From positions 487-64,486 of the IMG/VR virus record IMGVR_UViG_3300034031_000001: a DNA stretch of 64,000 nt; one strand, written 5' to 3'. The translations under genes were made by a program, and so were the position numbers. The notes beneath the pieces were generated by a model. That model was not told the DNA's origin. It did not search any database and worked only from the letters and a program-made list of their open reading frames with translations. Shown piece by piece: positions 7,251-16,852 of this stretch; the first letter of the stretch is position 1, and each line of letters opens with the position of its first letter. This DNA is from a virus (Duplodnaviria; Caudoviricetes).

Positions 7251-7636
7251 TAGATACTATTAACAATGTTAACAAAGAGGTGGCGCGTGAGCTAGGTATA
7301 GATGAAGCCATTGTTAAAAAGATTAATGCATTCTACTGGAAGGGAGTTAAAGGAGCAATAGCTAGTGGGGAACACACCTCCATTTACTTAAAGAATATTG
7401 GAACACTCTCCATTTCTCGTAACAAGCTGAATAAGAACATACTATATCTTATCAAGCAGTTAAGATTCTTTAAGAACACTACAGAGGAGTTCAAGAAGAA
7501 GACAAGGGAGGAGTATATTGCTGAATTAAGTGAACAATTAAGAAAGATGCTAGCTAGACGCAATGATATAGCTAAGCTCTATAGAGAAACAGAGATTAAG
7601 ATTAAAACTAAGAGAAGAAATGCTACCCAACATTAA
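7247..7636 (+). CDS. HU/IHF-like DNA-binding protein
   Basis: KEVARELGIDEAIVKKI...AIASGEHTSIYLKNIGTLSI matches the HU/IHF N-terminal pattern. Confidence 0.7.
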   Translation: MIDTINNVNKEVARELGIDEAIVKKINAFYWKGVKGAIASGEHTSIYLKNIGTLSISRNKLNKNILYLIKQLRFFKNTTEEFKKKTREEYIAELSEQLRKMLARRNDIAKLYRETEIKIKTKRRNATQH

Positions 7637-7874
7637 ACAGATATGGGAGAATAAACATCTGATAGCTACAGGGCTAGTCAATAGATTCTTCTCCCCAAGA
7701 GAGATTAAAGAATTAGCTAATAAGAGATTGGCCATATGTAATGTATGTCCAGACAATAGCAAGAATACAGTGAGTGGATACAATGTACCATATAGACACT
7801 GTACATTATGCGGATGCTCATTAGCACTTAAACCATATGCTAAACAATCTAAATGCCCGGTAAACAAATGGTAA
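7620..7874 (+). CDS. small Cys-rich Zn-binding protein
   Basis: RLAICNVCP...HCTLCGCSLALK...KCPVNKW. Confidence 0.75.
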   Translation: MLPNIKQIWENKHLIATGLVNRFFSPREIKELANKRLAICNVCPDNSKNTVSGYNVPYRHCTLCGCSLALKPYAKQSKCPVNKW

Positions 7875-8110
7875 AGGTAGGTGACATGATAACCTCTAAC
7901 TATAGAGAAGGTAGAATATTCTATGTTGAGGAGATTCGTAACGATGATGAATTATGGGGAAGACATGTTGAAAACAATCCAACTCCCTTTGAGCAATACT
8001 TTGAACCAGAATATTTCATCATTAGAAACACCTGTGGGGAATTTGATACTATAGGGGGTTGTAATAAGGTAGAGTCATATAAAAACAAACATACAAATGG
8101 AAACATGTAA
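7868..8110 (+). CDS. hypothetical protein
   Basis: MVKVGDMI start overlapping the upstream stop; packed in operon. Confidence 0.55.
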   Translation: MVKVGDMITSNYREGRIFYVEEIRNDDELWGRHVENNPTPFEQYFEPEYFIIRNTCGEFDTIGGCNKVESYKNKHTNGNM

Positions 8111-8651
8111 TCGCGCACAATGCGTATGTAGAGAAAGAGAGGCCACCGTTGAACAGTTAACAAGCTTATCTCACCTAGTAGCTAATCCTTTCTTAAGTGA
8201 TAGTATTAAGACTTCAATAGAGAACCTTATGGATACATTAATCTATAAGATGGAACAGGAGTTAGATATTGATAGGTATGAGGACTTCTCATTGAATTAT
8301 CCTGAGAATATATCACATACACCTCCTCTAATTGACGACCTAGTAGAGTTGGACATGAAGAATGTTAGTAAGACTGAGATTGATGCAGCCATTGATGTAG
8401 CATCACAGAAGAAGGTTAATACTTACACATGGGAACAGGTAATCAGTAGGAGTATTATAACTCCGGGTGAGAAGTATGCACGCATAGATTGGGATAATGG
8501 GTTCAATCAAGAATACATTATGCTATTAGATAATGTAGGTTGGGTAAAATATTTTCGCACAGTTAAGGTGGATAAATTCAAAAATGTCGTACATTCGTTT
8601 GAACCTAGAGAAGAAGATGCTGATGCAGACTGGGTTATACTAAATGACTAA
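8097..8651 (+). CDS. protein with C-terminal DUF2829/Tad2-like domain
   Basis: YTWEQVI...GEKYARIDWDNG...YIML...FEPREEDADADWVIL resembles DUF2829 (G.KVAR.GWNG ... P...D.LA.DW.I). Confidence 0.55.
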   Translation: METCNRAQCVCREREATVEQLTSLSHLVANPFLSDSIKTSIENLMDTLIYKMEQELDIDRYEDFSLNYPENISHTPPLIDDLVELDMKNVSKTEIDAAIDVASQKKVNTYTWEQVISRSIITPGEKYARIDWDNGFNQEYIMLLDNVGWVKYFRTVKVDKFKNVVHSFEPREEDADADWVILND

Positions 8652-8653
8652 CT

Positions 8654-8884
8654 ATGGGCGCTAAAGTAGAGAACACATTTTACAGTGACAAAGAGATTAG
8701 GACAGTATTGGAAAGAAAGGGATATGTATTCCCATACTTACAATCACCATTATGTACACCAAAATATAAGGAGCACCTTATTGCGGAACCAGACTTTAAG
8801 TTTGAGGATATGTACAAACTGTTCAAGAGCATAGTTAACAAGAGATTGAATCAAAGTAAACAACAATTTTTAGATAGCTTATGA
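8654..8884 (+). CDS. hypothetical protein
   Basis: 76-aa ORF abutting its neighbours. Confidence 0.6.
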   Translation: MGAKVENTFYSDKEIRTVLERKGYVFPYLQSPLCTPKYKEHLIAEPDFKFEDMYKLFKSIVNKRLNQSKQQFLDSL

Positions 8885-9126
8885 TATACTACTGTGATAC
8901 AGCCAGACACTTAGTCTGTATCCCATACTCTATAGAGAATCTACATACGATGGCTAAGGACTTGAATATTAAGAGATGTTGGTTCCATAAGAATCACTAT
9001 GATATTCCCCTCAGACGAATTCAGGAGATTACTAGTAAGTGTTTGGTTGTATCAAGTAGAGATATTTTGAGGATAATAAAACCAGATGAGCAAGCAAACA
9101 CAAATAAAGACTATAAAGGACTATAG
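8881..9126 (+). CDS. DUF4031-like protein
   Basis: HLV...SIENLHTMAKDLNIKRCWFH..HYDIP pattern. Confidence 0.7.
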   Translation: MIYYCDTARHLVCIPYSIENLHTMAKDLNIKRCWFHKNHYDIPLRRIQEITSKCLVVSSRDILRIIKPDEQANTNKDYKGL

Positions 9127-9511
9127 GGAGTATGTTGATACTCTACCACCAAACAGCCTATGTAAAGTCGAGGGTAATCCTCATAACATAAAAGTATCAG
9201 GACTATTGAGTAAGGTGGATGCAATGATAGACCTCCAGTTCCGTTGGGCAAAGAATGAGGAACTTCCAATGGATGTAACTCTGGAAGCACCTAAGGATAC
9301 TATTGAAACTATATTAAAGGAGATGCGTAAAGCTAATGATGCAGATACATATCCCTCCTCTTACTTAAGAAATAATATCTTCTATAATCAGGAGTATTAT
9401 GTGTATACAGGAACGGCTCGTATAAAGCTAGTGGAAGCTGATGTATTTAAACTAACCGTACATAAGGAACCTATTAAACGTGAACCAGTGAATTTAGAGG
9501 AGGCAATATGA
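9086..9511 (+). CDS. hypothetical protein
   Basis: 141-aa ORF overlapping its neighbours. Confidence 0.6.
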   Translation: MSKQTQIKTIKDYREYVDTLPPNSLCKVEGNPHNIKVSGLLSKVDAMIDLQFRWAKNEELPMDVTLEAPKDTIETILKEMRKANDADTYPSSYLRNNIFYNQEYYVYTGTARIKLVEADVFKLTVHKEPIKREPVNLEEAI

Positions 9512-9816
9512 TAAACCAAGAGATACTAAAAGAAGCTGGATGGATACTAGGTAAAGTAGTGACTGATAATAACAGTGTTGAGGAGAGAGTTAATTATTTC
9601 TTTTTCAAAAAGGATGTGCGCGATGTGGAACTCAAACTATATAAGGGTTGGAGAGAAAACATACAAATCTATATTAAGACTACATCTATTCAGGATGATT
9701 GTATAAGTGAGAAGAAGACGATGTTATTTAGAGGTAAGGTAGAGACATTATCTGAGGTAGAAGCAATAACTAACTGTTGTCTCAGAGATTTCAAGAAAAT
9801 TAATTTGGATTCTTAA
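9508..9816 (+). CDS. hypothetical protein
   Basis: 102 aa; ATGA overlap; C-terminal LFRGKVETLSEV. Confidence 0.6.
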   Translation: MINQEILKEAGWILGKVVTDNNSVEERVNYFFFKKDVRDVELKLYKGWRENIQIYIKTTSIQDDCISEKKTMLFRGKVETLSEVEAITNCCLRDFKKINLDS

Positions 9817-9834
9817 TAGAAACACTTATCTTTG
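9804..9834 (+). promoter_or_regulatory. Bacteroidota-type promoter (leaderless)
   Basis: TTTG, 19-nt spacer, TATCTTTG; ATG at 9839. Confidence 0.65.
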
Positions 9835-9838
9835 TCAC

Positions 9839-10117
9839 ATGATAAACAAGGCATTAAGATTATGTTACAACACTGATACTGGTGAGCTGCTCTATTCAGG
9901 CTTTAATAAGGATAGACAGATGGCAATCTATGAGAAGAATACTCAGAAGGTTTACATGGTAACTCATGCAATGGCATTTGTGGATGAGCAAGTTATTAAT
10001 GATGACACTAACATCTCCTCTTTCCTTATCAAGAACATTGGCATAAGAGAGAAGATAAGACGCTCAATTAAAGAACAGCTATTAAAGAACCTTAGACAAC
10101 CAGAGTTTGATGACTAA
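9839..10117 (+). CDS. hypothetical protein
   Basis: 92-aa ORF directly behind the promoter. Confidence 0.6.
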   Translation: MINKALRLCYNTDTGELLYSGFNKDRQMAIYEKNTQKVYMVTHAMAFVDEQVINDDTNISSFLIKNIGIREKIRRSIKEQLLKNLRQPEFDD

Positions 10118-10418
10118 CAAAGTGATTAATGAAAAGGGAGAGATTTATTTAACTCCACAAATGATACATGAATGGGACATTCACCTGTTGAGGGCACTAG
10201 TGGATAACTACAAGGTTATCACGAATCAACAGGGAATGCAGATGTTACAACAAAAAGATATAGAAGCTACTATGGCACCTAACACAAACAATCAACTAAG
10301 TGAGGACTTGATTAAGACTATGGTCGTTAATGAGTTAAATGACCCTAAGCCCACTAAGTCAAGCAAAGGTAAACACCCAACCAACAGAACTCCACCTAAA
10401 AGAAAAAGGAGAAGATAA
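10110..10418 (+). CDS. hypothetical protein with basic C-terminus
   Basis: MTNKV...PPKRKRRR; contains LTPQMI..KVITNQQGM. Confidence 0.6.
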   Translation: MTNKVINEKGEIYLTPQMIHEWDIHLLRALVDNYKVITNQQGMQMLQQKDIEATMAPNTNNQLSEDLIKTMVVNELNDPKPTKSSKGKHPTNRTPPKRKRRR

Positions 10419-10579
10419 TGAATGACATTATAACAGAATTGGAAAGAGCTGTAGAATTACATAGAGACCTACAGCTCGACCCAAATGACCTATCAATCAT
10501 AAGTGACTTCATACATTCAATGAATGCAGTACAGTTACTGGTTGATGAACAAATAACAATAGCACTAGACAAACTTTAA
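10418..10579 (+). CDS. small hypothetical protein (53 aa, not in ORF track)
   Basis: TAATG coupling; MNDIITELERAVELHRDLQLDPNDLSIISDFIHSMNAVQLLVDEQITIALDKL; fills the gap exactly. Confidence 0.6.
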   Translation: MNDIITELERAVELHRDLQLDPNDLSIISDFIHSMNAVQLLVDEQITIALDKL

Positions 10580-10580
10580 T

Positions 10581-10811
10581 ATGCAAATAACAGCTAAATT
10601 AACATGTACAAATGTGAGTCTCTTCAATGAGACAACTAAGTCAGTAAAATTGGAAGCTAAGTATGACCCTCAGAATAGTCCTGAGGATAACAGCTTCTCC
10701 CTTTATACACCTTACGGAGAGCTTAATATGAGTATTACAAACCCTGCAATACTTGACCAATTTCAAGAAGGAGTAATATTTGATGTAGTACTAACCCCAA
10801 GAACAAAATAA
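10581..10811 (+). CDS. conserved small phage protein
   Basis: ITAKL.C...V.L...Y...PEDNSFSLYTPYGELNMSITNP...F..G pattern, recalled from many phages. Confidence 0.7.
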   Translation: MQITAKLTCTNVSLFNETTKSVKLEAKYDPQNSPEDNSFSLYTPYGELNMSITNPAILDQFQEGVIFDVVLTPRTK

Positions 10812-10814
10812 AAT

Positions 10815-11102
10815 ATGGCAAACCAAACATTAGGACAAGAGATTATAAGAGTAGACTTCGCTAAGGATGGTGAAGTAAAGGATATGAAGATTGCATTTGC
10901 TGCACTATTAGACAGACTAATCAATCGCTCACAGGATGCGCAAAAGGCTATGGACACACCTCCAACTATACTAGCACCAGAAGCTATCCAATCCCATATG
11001 GAAGTTATCCGTAAGAATGAAGAGTTAATGCGCTGCATGAGTGAAGCAGGGAAGCTATTAGAAGTTGCGGCAATGTGGGCAGTTAAAGGACTCACTGCAT
11101 AG
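10815..11102 (+). CDS. Acb2/Tad1-like helical-hairpin protein (candidate nucleotide-signal sponge)
   Basis: TLGQ..IRVDF...VKDMK..FA.LLD ... RCMSEAGKLLEVAAMWAVKGLT matches the R..S.A.T.LE.A.MWAVK hairpin pattern. Confidence 0.6.
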   Translation: MANQTLGQEIIRVDFAKDGEVKDMKIAFAALLDRLINRSQDAQKAMDTPPTILAPEAIQSHMEVIRKNEELMRCMSEAGKLLEVAAMWAVKGLTA

Positions 11103-11192
11103 GTGGCACTAACTAGCGTTAAGAAGGATTTAAACTCACTCATTTATGTCCAACGAATGCAAGGTCACTGTAAAAACATAACTTTAAAGACA

Positions 11193-11384
11193 ATGAAAAC
11201 CAAACAATTAGTTCTTAGAGAACTACTAGAGATTATAGAATTGTGGCCCGAGATTAGCATTGCACAACATCTGTGCACAGCTATGCGCCCATACAAGGAT
11301 GCTTACCACTGGACAGATGAAATGCTGTTGAAGAAGATTGATAAGTATCGTGATGAACTTGAAACTGAAACTAATGGAGGATAG
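11193..11384 (+). CDS. hypothetical protein (start moved to ATG 11193)
   Basis: MKTKQLVLRELLEIIELWPEISIAQHL...DAYHWTDEMLL; A-rich leader. Confidence 0.6.
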   Translation: MKTKQLVLRELLEIIELWPEISIAQHLCTAMRPYKDAYHWTDEMLLKKIDKYRDELETETNGG

Positions 11385-11631
11385 TACTAAGAATAAAGTA
11401 ACAGAGCAGATTAACTCAGCAGTTCCCCTGCTTGAGAAGATGCTTGCAACAGGATTCCCCATTGATGTTAAGCAGACATCACCGGGAGTTGTAGAATTTA
11501 CGAAGGATAATAAACCACTTAATTTAGAAGTAATGGATGTGGAGGCGCTAAAGTTCTACATCAATACTATGATATTTTTTACTTATGGCACGGGAGAAGA
11601 AACTGGAGATAAAGGAAGTACCTCAACATAA
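11374..11631 (+). CDS. hypothetical protein
   Basis: ATG 11374 overlapping the upstream gene end. Confidence 0.55.
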   Translation: MEDSTKNKVTEQINSAVPLLEKMLATGFPIDVKQTSPGVVEFTKDNKPLNLEVMDVEALKFYINTMIFFTYGTGEETGDKGSTST

Positions 11632-11923
11632 CACATCTCCCCTAATTGACGAACAGACTAGTTCAATTGCTCCAGAGCAGAGAAGACTAGAGGACATGGT
11701 TAGGAAGATATTAGACTCAATGGACTCCATTGACCCAATGGAAGCTGAGGATTTAGAGGAACAATTAAAGTTAACACTAGGGTTACAGAAACTAGCAGAG
11801 AACATGCCTAAGTTATTAATGGCACTGGAGGAACTACGTAATAAGCATAAACTAAAGAAGGAAGATATTAAAGGTAACAAGAGTCTATCACCACTAGAAG
11901 ATGGTACACTGGACGATGATTAG
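11585..11923 (+). CDS. putative terminase small subunit
   Basis: Helical 112-aa protein immediately upstream of TerL, ending IKGNKSLSPLED; positional inference. Confidence 0.45.
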   Translation: MAREKKLEIKEVPQHNTSPLIDEQTSSIAPEQRRLEDMVRKILDSMDSIDPMEAEDLEEQLKLTLGLQKLAENMPKLLMALEELRNKHKLKKEDIKGNKSLSPLEDGTLDDD

Positions 11924-11970
11924 AGCTTAGGTATTTATACCTAGGCTTTTGTATTTAAACTACAAACCAA

Positions 11971-14055
11971 ATGAGTAAGAAGATTAGTTACAAGCAACCC
12001 ACCAAGAACATATGGTTCCCAGAACAAGTAGAACCAGATAAAGATGACAAAGAAGCTTTCAGAGCTTATTGGAAAAGGGAGAGAGATAGAATAAGATTTG
12101 GATTCAGAATAGCCAATGACCAAATCTACATATCAGGATGGCTATATTGGTACACAGTCTACTGGATAATTGAGTTAGATACTAAGCTAGCAGATGGACG
12201 TGACTTTAAAGGTAAGGGAGTACCTCTATTCAGAGATATCGAGTGGGAGGTTGGTGATGATATTGAACGAGCAGAAAGGGAGAAGAAGTTATATGTCCTA
12301 GTAGGGTCGCGTGGATTTGGTAAATCTAATGTATGTGCCTCTATAGTTGGACGTATCTATAATTTCTTTGATGATACTGAATCAGTTATATCTGGTGGGT
12401 TCGCAAATGACATTAAACTACTAGCAGATAAGATTAACCTAGGACTATCTAATTGCCACCCCATATGGCACAAACAGAGGCTACTTAATAACTGGAAGCA
12501 GGAAGTTAAGGCTGGCTGGAAGGATAGTGAATCAGGCCTAGATAGAGGCTCTAATAGCCGTATATCTGTACGTAACTATGAAGAGGGTAATAATACAATG
12601 GCCGCGAATGGTACGCGTCCAAAGGTGCAGATTATAGATGAGATAGGTAAGATACCTAACTTAGCTAGATGTGTACTTGATACTGTACCATGTTGGAATA
12701 CAGCCTCTGGTGAACAGTTCTCAATTCCTATCCTTGCAGGAACAGGAGGAGATATGGAGAAGGGTGCTGATGCAGCCAAAATTTTCAGAGAGACTAAACC
12801 ATATAATGTACTTGAGTTTGACGACGAGTGGGAAGGTACTGGTAAAATTGGGAAGTTTGTTCCTGTAACTAAGGCCTTGAATAAGTATAAGGAACCTTGG
12901 ACTCTATTTGACTACTTAACCAAGGTGCGTAAAATGGACTTGCAACCTCACCCGGAATTACAGCGAATCATTATTCTTGTATCTAACGAGGAGAGAGTAA
13001 AGGAGGAGTTTGTTAAGCCTAGGAGAGAAGCTGCATTAAGGTCTAGTACTGGTAATGAGATTATCAAGGAGAAGGCCTACTATCCATTAGTACCTAGTGA
13101 ATCATTCCTTACTATTGATGCAAATGACTTCCCACAAGAAGCTTGTAAGGAGCATAGAAACAATCTTATATCTAATGGGTTCAAGAGCTTTAGGGTAGAG
13201 CTATTCCTCAATGCTGAAGGAGAGACTGCGTTCAAGGCTTCAGATAAGCACCCGGTAAGTGAGTTCCCAGTGAAGTCAGATACTAAGAAAGAGGGCGTTG
13301 TAGAGATAGTGGAGTTCCCTATAAGCAATGCACCTTACGGGCTGTATGTGGCTGGAATTGACCCTTATAAGCAATCTGAATCAGACTATTCAGACTCACT
13401 AGGTTCTGTCTATATCTTTAAACGTATGACAGATAATATGGGAGAGACATTCCAGTACATGCCAGTAGCTTGGTATAATGGTAGGCCTAAGTCTATACAT
13501 GACTGGTATGAGAATGTACGCCTCCTCTTAAAGATGTACAATGCTATAGCTATGTGTGAGAACGCTGACTATGGGTTTATTCAATACATGATTGAGAAGA
13601 ATGAGACATATTATCTAGCAGAAGGTATGTCATTCCTTAAGGAGCTTAATCCTAACACTAGACACAGGTCTACATATGGATTGCCACCAACCACAGCTAC
13701 CATAACACACTGGAATAATACAGCTGTTATCTATACAAAGGAGATGGTAGCTAAGGAGCGTGATGAGAAAGGTAAAGTGACTAGAGAAGTACTGGGTGTA
13801 ACTAGAATACTAGACCCAATGCTATTAGAGGAGATGATGAAATTTAATAAGAATGAGGGTAACTTTGACCGTATAAGGGCATTCTCTATAGCCTTAGCGT
13901 ATGCTAAGCAGTTAGATGCAACTATACCTAAGATAGCCATTACAGAAGAGAGAGAAGAAGCTAAAAAGAAATCAATGCGTAGTCCATTCATGATGGGAGG
14001 CTCCCTAGGATTCAAAGGAAAGGGCCCAAACAGGTCACCATTTATGATGAGGTAA
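11971..14055 (+). CDS. terL: terminase large subunit
   Basis: Walker A GSRGFGKS, Walker B QIIDEIG, coupling motif AGTGG, nuclease YVAGIDPY and GNFDRI. Confidence 0.95.
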   Translation: MSKKISYKQPTKNIWFPEQVEPDKDDKEAFRAYWKRERDRIRFGFRIANDQIYISGWLYWYTVYWIIELDTKLADGRDFKGKGVPLFRDIEWEVGDDIERAEREKKLYVLVGSRGFGKSNVCASIVGRIYNFFDDTESVISGGFANDIKLLADKINLGLSNCHPIWHKQRLLNNWKQEVKAGWKDSESGLDRGSNSRISVRNYEEGNNTMAANGTRPKVQIIDEIGKIPNLARCVLDTVPCWNTASGEQFSIPILAGTGGDMEKGADAAKIFRETKPYNVLEFDDEWEGTGKIGKFVPVTKALNKYKEPWTLFDYLTKVRKMDLQPHPELQRIIILVSNEERVKEEFVKPRREAALRSSTGNEIIKEKAYYPLVPSESFLTIDANDFPQEACKEHRNNLISNGFKSFRVELFLNAEGETAFKASDKHPVSEFPVKSDTKKEGVVEIVEFPISNAPYGLYVAGIDPYKQSESDYSDSLGSVYIFKRMTDNMGETFQYMPVAWYNGRPKSIHDWYENVRLLLKMYNAIAMCENADYGFIQYMIEKNETYYLAEGMSFLKELNPNTRHRSTYGLPPTTATITHWNNTAVIYTKEMVAKERDEKGKVTREVLGVTRILDPMLLEEMMKFNKNEGNFDRIRAFSIALAYAKQLDATIPKIAITEEREEAKKKSMRSPFMMGGSLGFKGKGPNRSPFMMR

Positions 14056-14100
14056 TCACCTCCTTTGATTATGTATCTTTTTTAATCTGCTAAATCTTAG

Positions 14101-14108
14101 TATATTTG
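14101..14108 (+). promoter_or_regulatory. -7 promoter box upstream of portal
   Basis: TATATTTG 20 nt before the ATG. Confidence 0.55.
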
Positions 14109-14128
14109 GCACTTCATAACAAAACTTA

Positions 14129-16852
14129 ATGATTGTAAGCTCGTCAAGTCTATCATTACCTCCTCAAATGCTTCCCCTTAGTCAAAAGACTGAGAAGTGG
14201 AGGCAGGATTGCATGGATGCACTAGAGGCAATAGGTAGACATCAGATAAATCAGAATACCAAGCTTATAGAGAACTATGAGATGGTACGCGGTAAGTTTA
14301 TATACAGCCACTATATTGAACGTGAGGAATACGGGGACTTAATGACTCAGCTAACTAATGAGTTTGAAATGCCCTCTCACCTCCGTCACTATGATATTGT
14401 TTCTCAAGTAATTAATACACTCTCCGGTGAGTATCAGAAGAGACCAGACATATTCCGTGTAAGGTCTAGAGATGAGAACGCCAAGAACAACTATAGTCGT
14501 AAGAAGACTGAGTTGCTAATGGAGTATGTGATGCAAGAGATTAATGGAGGTATAGAAGCTCAACTAGCTAAAGAGGGCTTAGACCCTAATAAACAAGACT
14601 TTGCCTCACAGGAGGAACAACAACAATACCAGCAACAAATAGAACAGAGACGAGGTGCTTTAACCCCACCTGAGGTGGAACGTTACATGCAGACTCAGTG
14701 GATGGACGCTGCTGAAATTTGGGCAGAACATCAGTTAGAGCATGATAAAGACCAGTTCAACTTACCGGAAAAGGAGAAGGTTGAATTTGAAGATATGCTA
14801 ATAGCTGATAGATGCTTTAGACACTTTTATCTCACTCCCTTTGGACACAGTCAAGAGACTTGGAACACTATACACACATTCTATCATAAGTCACCTGAGG
14901 TAACATATATAGAGAATGGTGATTATGTAGGTAGGATACTATATGTATCTCTTCCTGACATTATCAACAGATATGGTCATAAGATGACTGAGAGTGATAT
15001 ACTCTTGCTAGAAGCCTTTAAGAATGAATCCTACAAGGCTAAGCAAGGCTTTGGTTCAGGAGAAGCAACATACTCAGGACTAACAGCAGGAACAGGTATG
15101 CCTCATCAGAATTACGATGAGCAAAAGTTTGTAAGTGGACACTTAGGGTTTGACCCTAATAATCCTGAATCTACCAACCATAATATTGACATTGCGTTAG
15201 GTAGTGGAGATGCTATCAACAACATGAATAAGTATGGGCTCTATGAGGTCACAGAGGCCTACTGGATGTCCCAACGTAAGATTGGTAAGTATGTCTACAA
15301 TGACTACGAGACTGGGGAAGTAATGGTAATGCTTGTGGACGAAACGTTCAGCTTACCGGGTGTAAAAGAAAGGGAGAACTCATTTCTAGAATTAGGTAAT
15401 GACCTAGAACCTAACACTATTACTTGGACTTGGGTTAACGAAGTATACAAGGGTATCAAGATAAACAACAGATATAACAACCTAGCTAAACCTCTCTATA
15501 TTGATGTAGGTGTAGCTGAGTTCCAATTTAGAGGAGACCTGAATATATATGGGGCTAAGCTTCCTGTATGTGGTCAGATATTCAACAACAGAAATGCAGA
15601 GTCAATGTCTCTAGTAGACTTGATGAAGCCACACCAGATTGGCTACAATGTAGCTATGAATCAGCTGTATGAGATTATGCAGCGTGAGATTGGTAGGTTC
15701 ATGTTGATGGATATGAACTTTATCCCGTCAGGTAAAGATTGGGGTGGTGAGCATAATTTTGAAAAATTAATGTTGGTTGCTAAGCAGTTAGGTATAGCCC
15801 CACTAGATGGTAGCCCTGCCAATACTAAGCAATCAAGCTTCTCACATTTCCAAGAGATTGACTTGGATGAATCCGCAAGGATGATATCTAGGCTCAAAAT
15901 AGCTGAGGCATTTGAGAACTTTGCACTTAAGCAAGTAGGTATCACACCACAGAGACTAGGTGCAACAACTGCGTCAGAATCTGCAACAGGTGTACAACAG
16001 GCTGTTAATCAGTCCTATGCACAGACAGAGAGTCACTTCACTAACTTCTCCAATTATAAGAGGAGATGCTTACAGATGAACTTAGAGATAGCTCAGTACG
16101 TACAATCCAAAAAGGAGAATGTACAACTAGCTTATGTTAAGTCTGACATGTCCCGTGCATTTGTAGAAATAGCTGGAACAGACCTCCTCTTATCTGAGTT
16201 CGGGGTAAGAGTAGCTAATAGTGCAGAAGAAGTAAGGAAGCTAGAGATGATGAGACAACTGTTCCTTGAGAACAATACTACTGGTGCTAATCCAACAGAC
16301 CTAGCTACAGTTATCATGTCTAATAGTCCTGCTGAGATTAAGGCACAACTGGCTGCATCTTGGAAAGCTCAACAAGCTCAACAACAACAACAAATGCAAT
16401 CTGAACAGCAAGGTATGCAAGCACAAATACAAGCTGCTGCTGAAGAGGCTGAAAAGAAACGTCAGTTTGAAGCTGAACAAGCTGAACTTGATAGAGCTAA
16501 TGAAAGGTATATTACTGAAGTTAGAGCACTTGGTAGTGTGGGCTTAGGTGGTAACCCAGACATAGATGGAAGTGGAGTACCTGATGTACTTGAGGTACAG
16601 AAGCTAAACATGGAAATGGGTAAGCATACTGAGGATATACTATTCAAGAGACAAGAGGCTCGTATGAAGCTTAATGAGCAGAAGACTAAGGCTGATATCG
16701 AGAAGGATAAGGTTAAACTTGAAAAGGAGAGAATGAGCCATGAGAAAGAGGAGAATGAGAAAGATAGACAGGTTGAGCGTGAGAACATGGTCAATGACCT
16801 AGCTATTGAGAAACAACGTGCTAAGAACAAACCTAAACCTTCAAGTAAATAA
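14129..16852 (+). CDS. portal protein
   Basis: 907 aa after TerL; LRHYDIVSQVINTLSGEY, SLVDLMKPHQIGYN, GITPQRLG, coiled-coil C-terminus, as in crAss-like portals. Confidence 0.9.
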   Translation: MIVSSSSLSLPPQMLPLSQKTEKWRQDCMDALEAIGRHQINQNTKLIENYEMVRGKFIYSHYIEREEYGDLMTQLTNEFEMPSHLRHYDIVSQVINTLSGEYQKRPDIFRVRSRDENAKNNYSRKKTELLMEYVMQEINGGIEAQLAKEGLDPNKQDFASQEEQQQYQQQIEQRRGALTPPEVERYMQTQWMDAAEIWAEHQLEHDKDQFNLPEKEKVEFEDMLIADRCFRHFYLTPFGHSQETWNTIHTFYHKSPEVTYIENGDYVGRILYVSLPDIINRYGHKMTESDILLLEAFKNESYKAKQGFGSGEATYSGLTAGTGMPHQNYDEQKFVSGHLGFDPNNPESTNHNIDIALGSGDAINNMNKYGLYEVTEAYWMSQRKIGKYVYNDYETGEVMVMLVDETFSLPGVKERENSFLELGNDLEPNTITWTWVNEVYKGIKINNRYNNLAKPLYIDVGVAEFQFRGDLNIYGAKLPVCGQIFNNRNAESMSLVDLMKPHQIGYNVAMNQLYEIMQREIGRFMLMDMNFIPSGKDWGGEHNFEKLMLVAKQLGIAPLDGSPANTKQSSFSHFQEIDLDESARMISRLKIAEAFENFALKQVGITPQRLGATTASESATGVQQAVNQSYAQTESHFTNFSNYKRRCLQMNLEIAQYVQSKKENVQLAYVKSDMSRAFVEIAGTDLLLSEFGVRVANSAEEVRKLEMMRQLFLENNTTGANPTDLATVIMSNSPAEIKAQLAASWKAQQAQQQQQMQSEQQGMQAQIQAAAEEAEKKRQFEAEQAELDRANERYITEVRALGSVGLGGNPDIDGSGVPDVLEVQKLNMEMGKHTEDILFKRQEARMKLNEQKTKADIEKDKVKLEKERMSHEKEENEKDRQVERENMVNDLAIEKQRAKNKPKPSSK

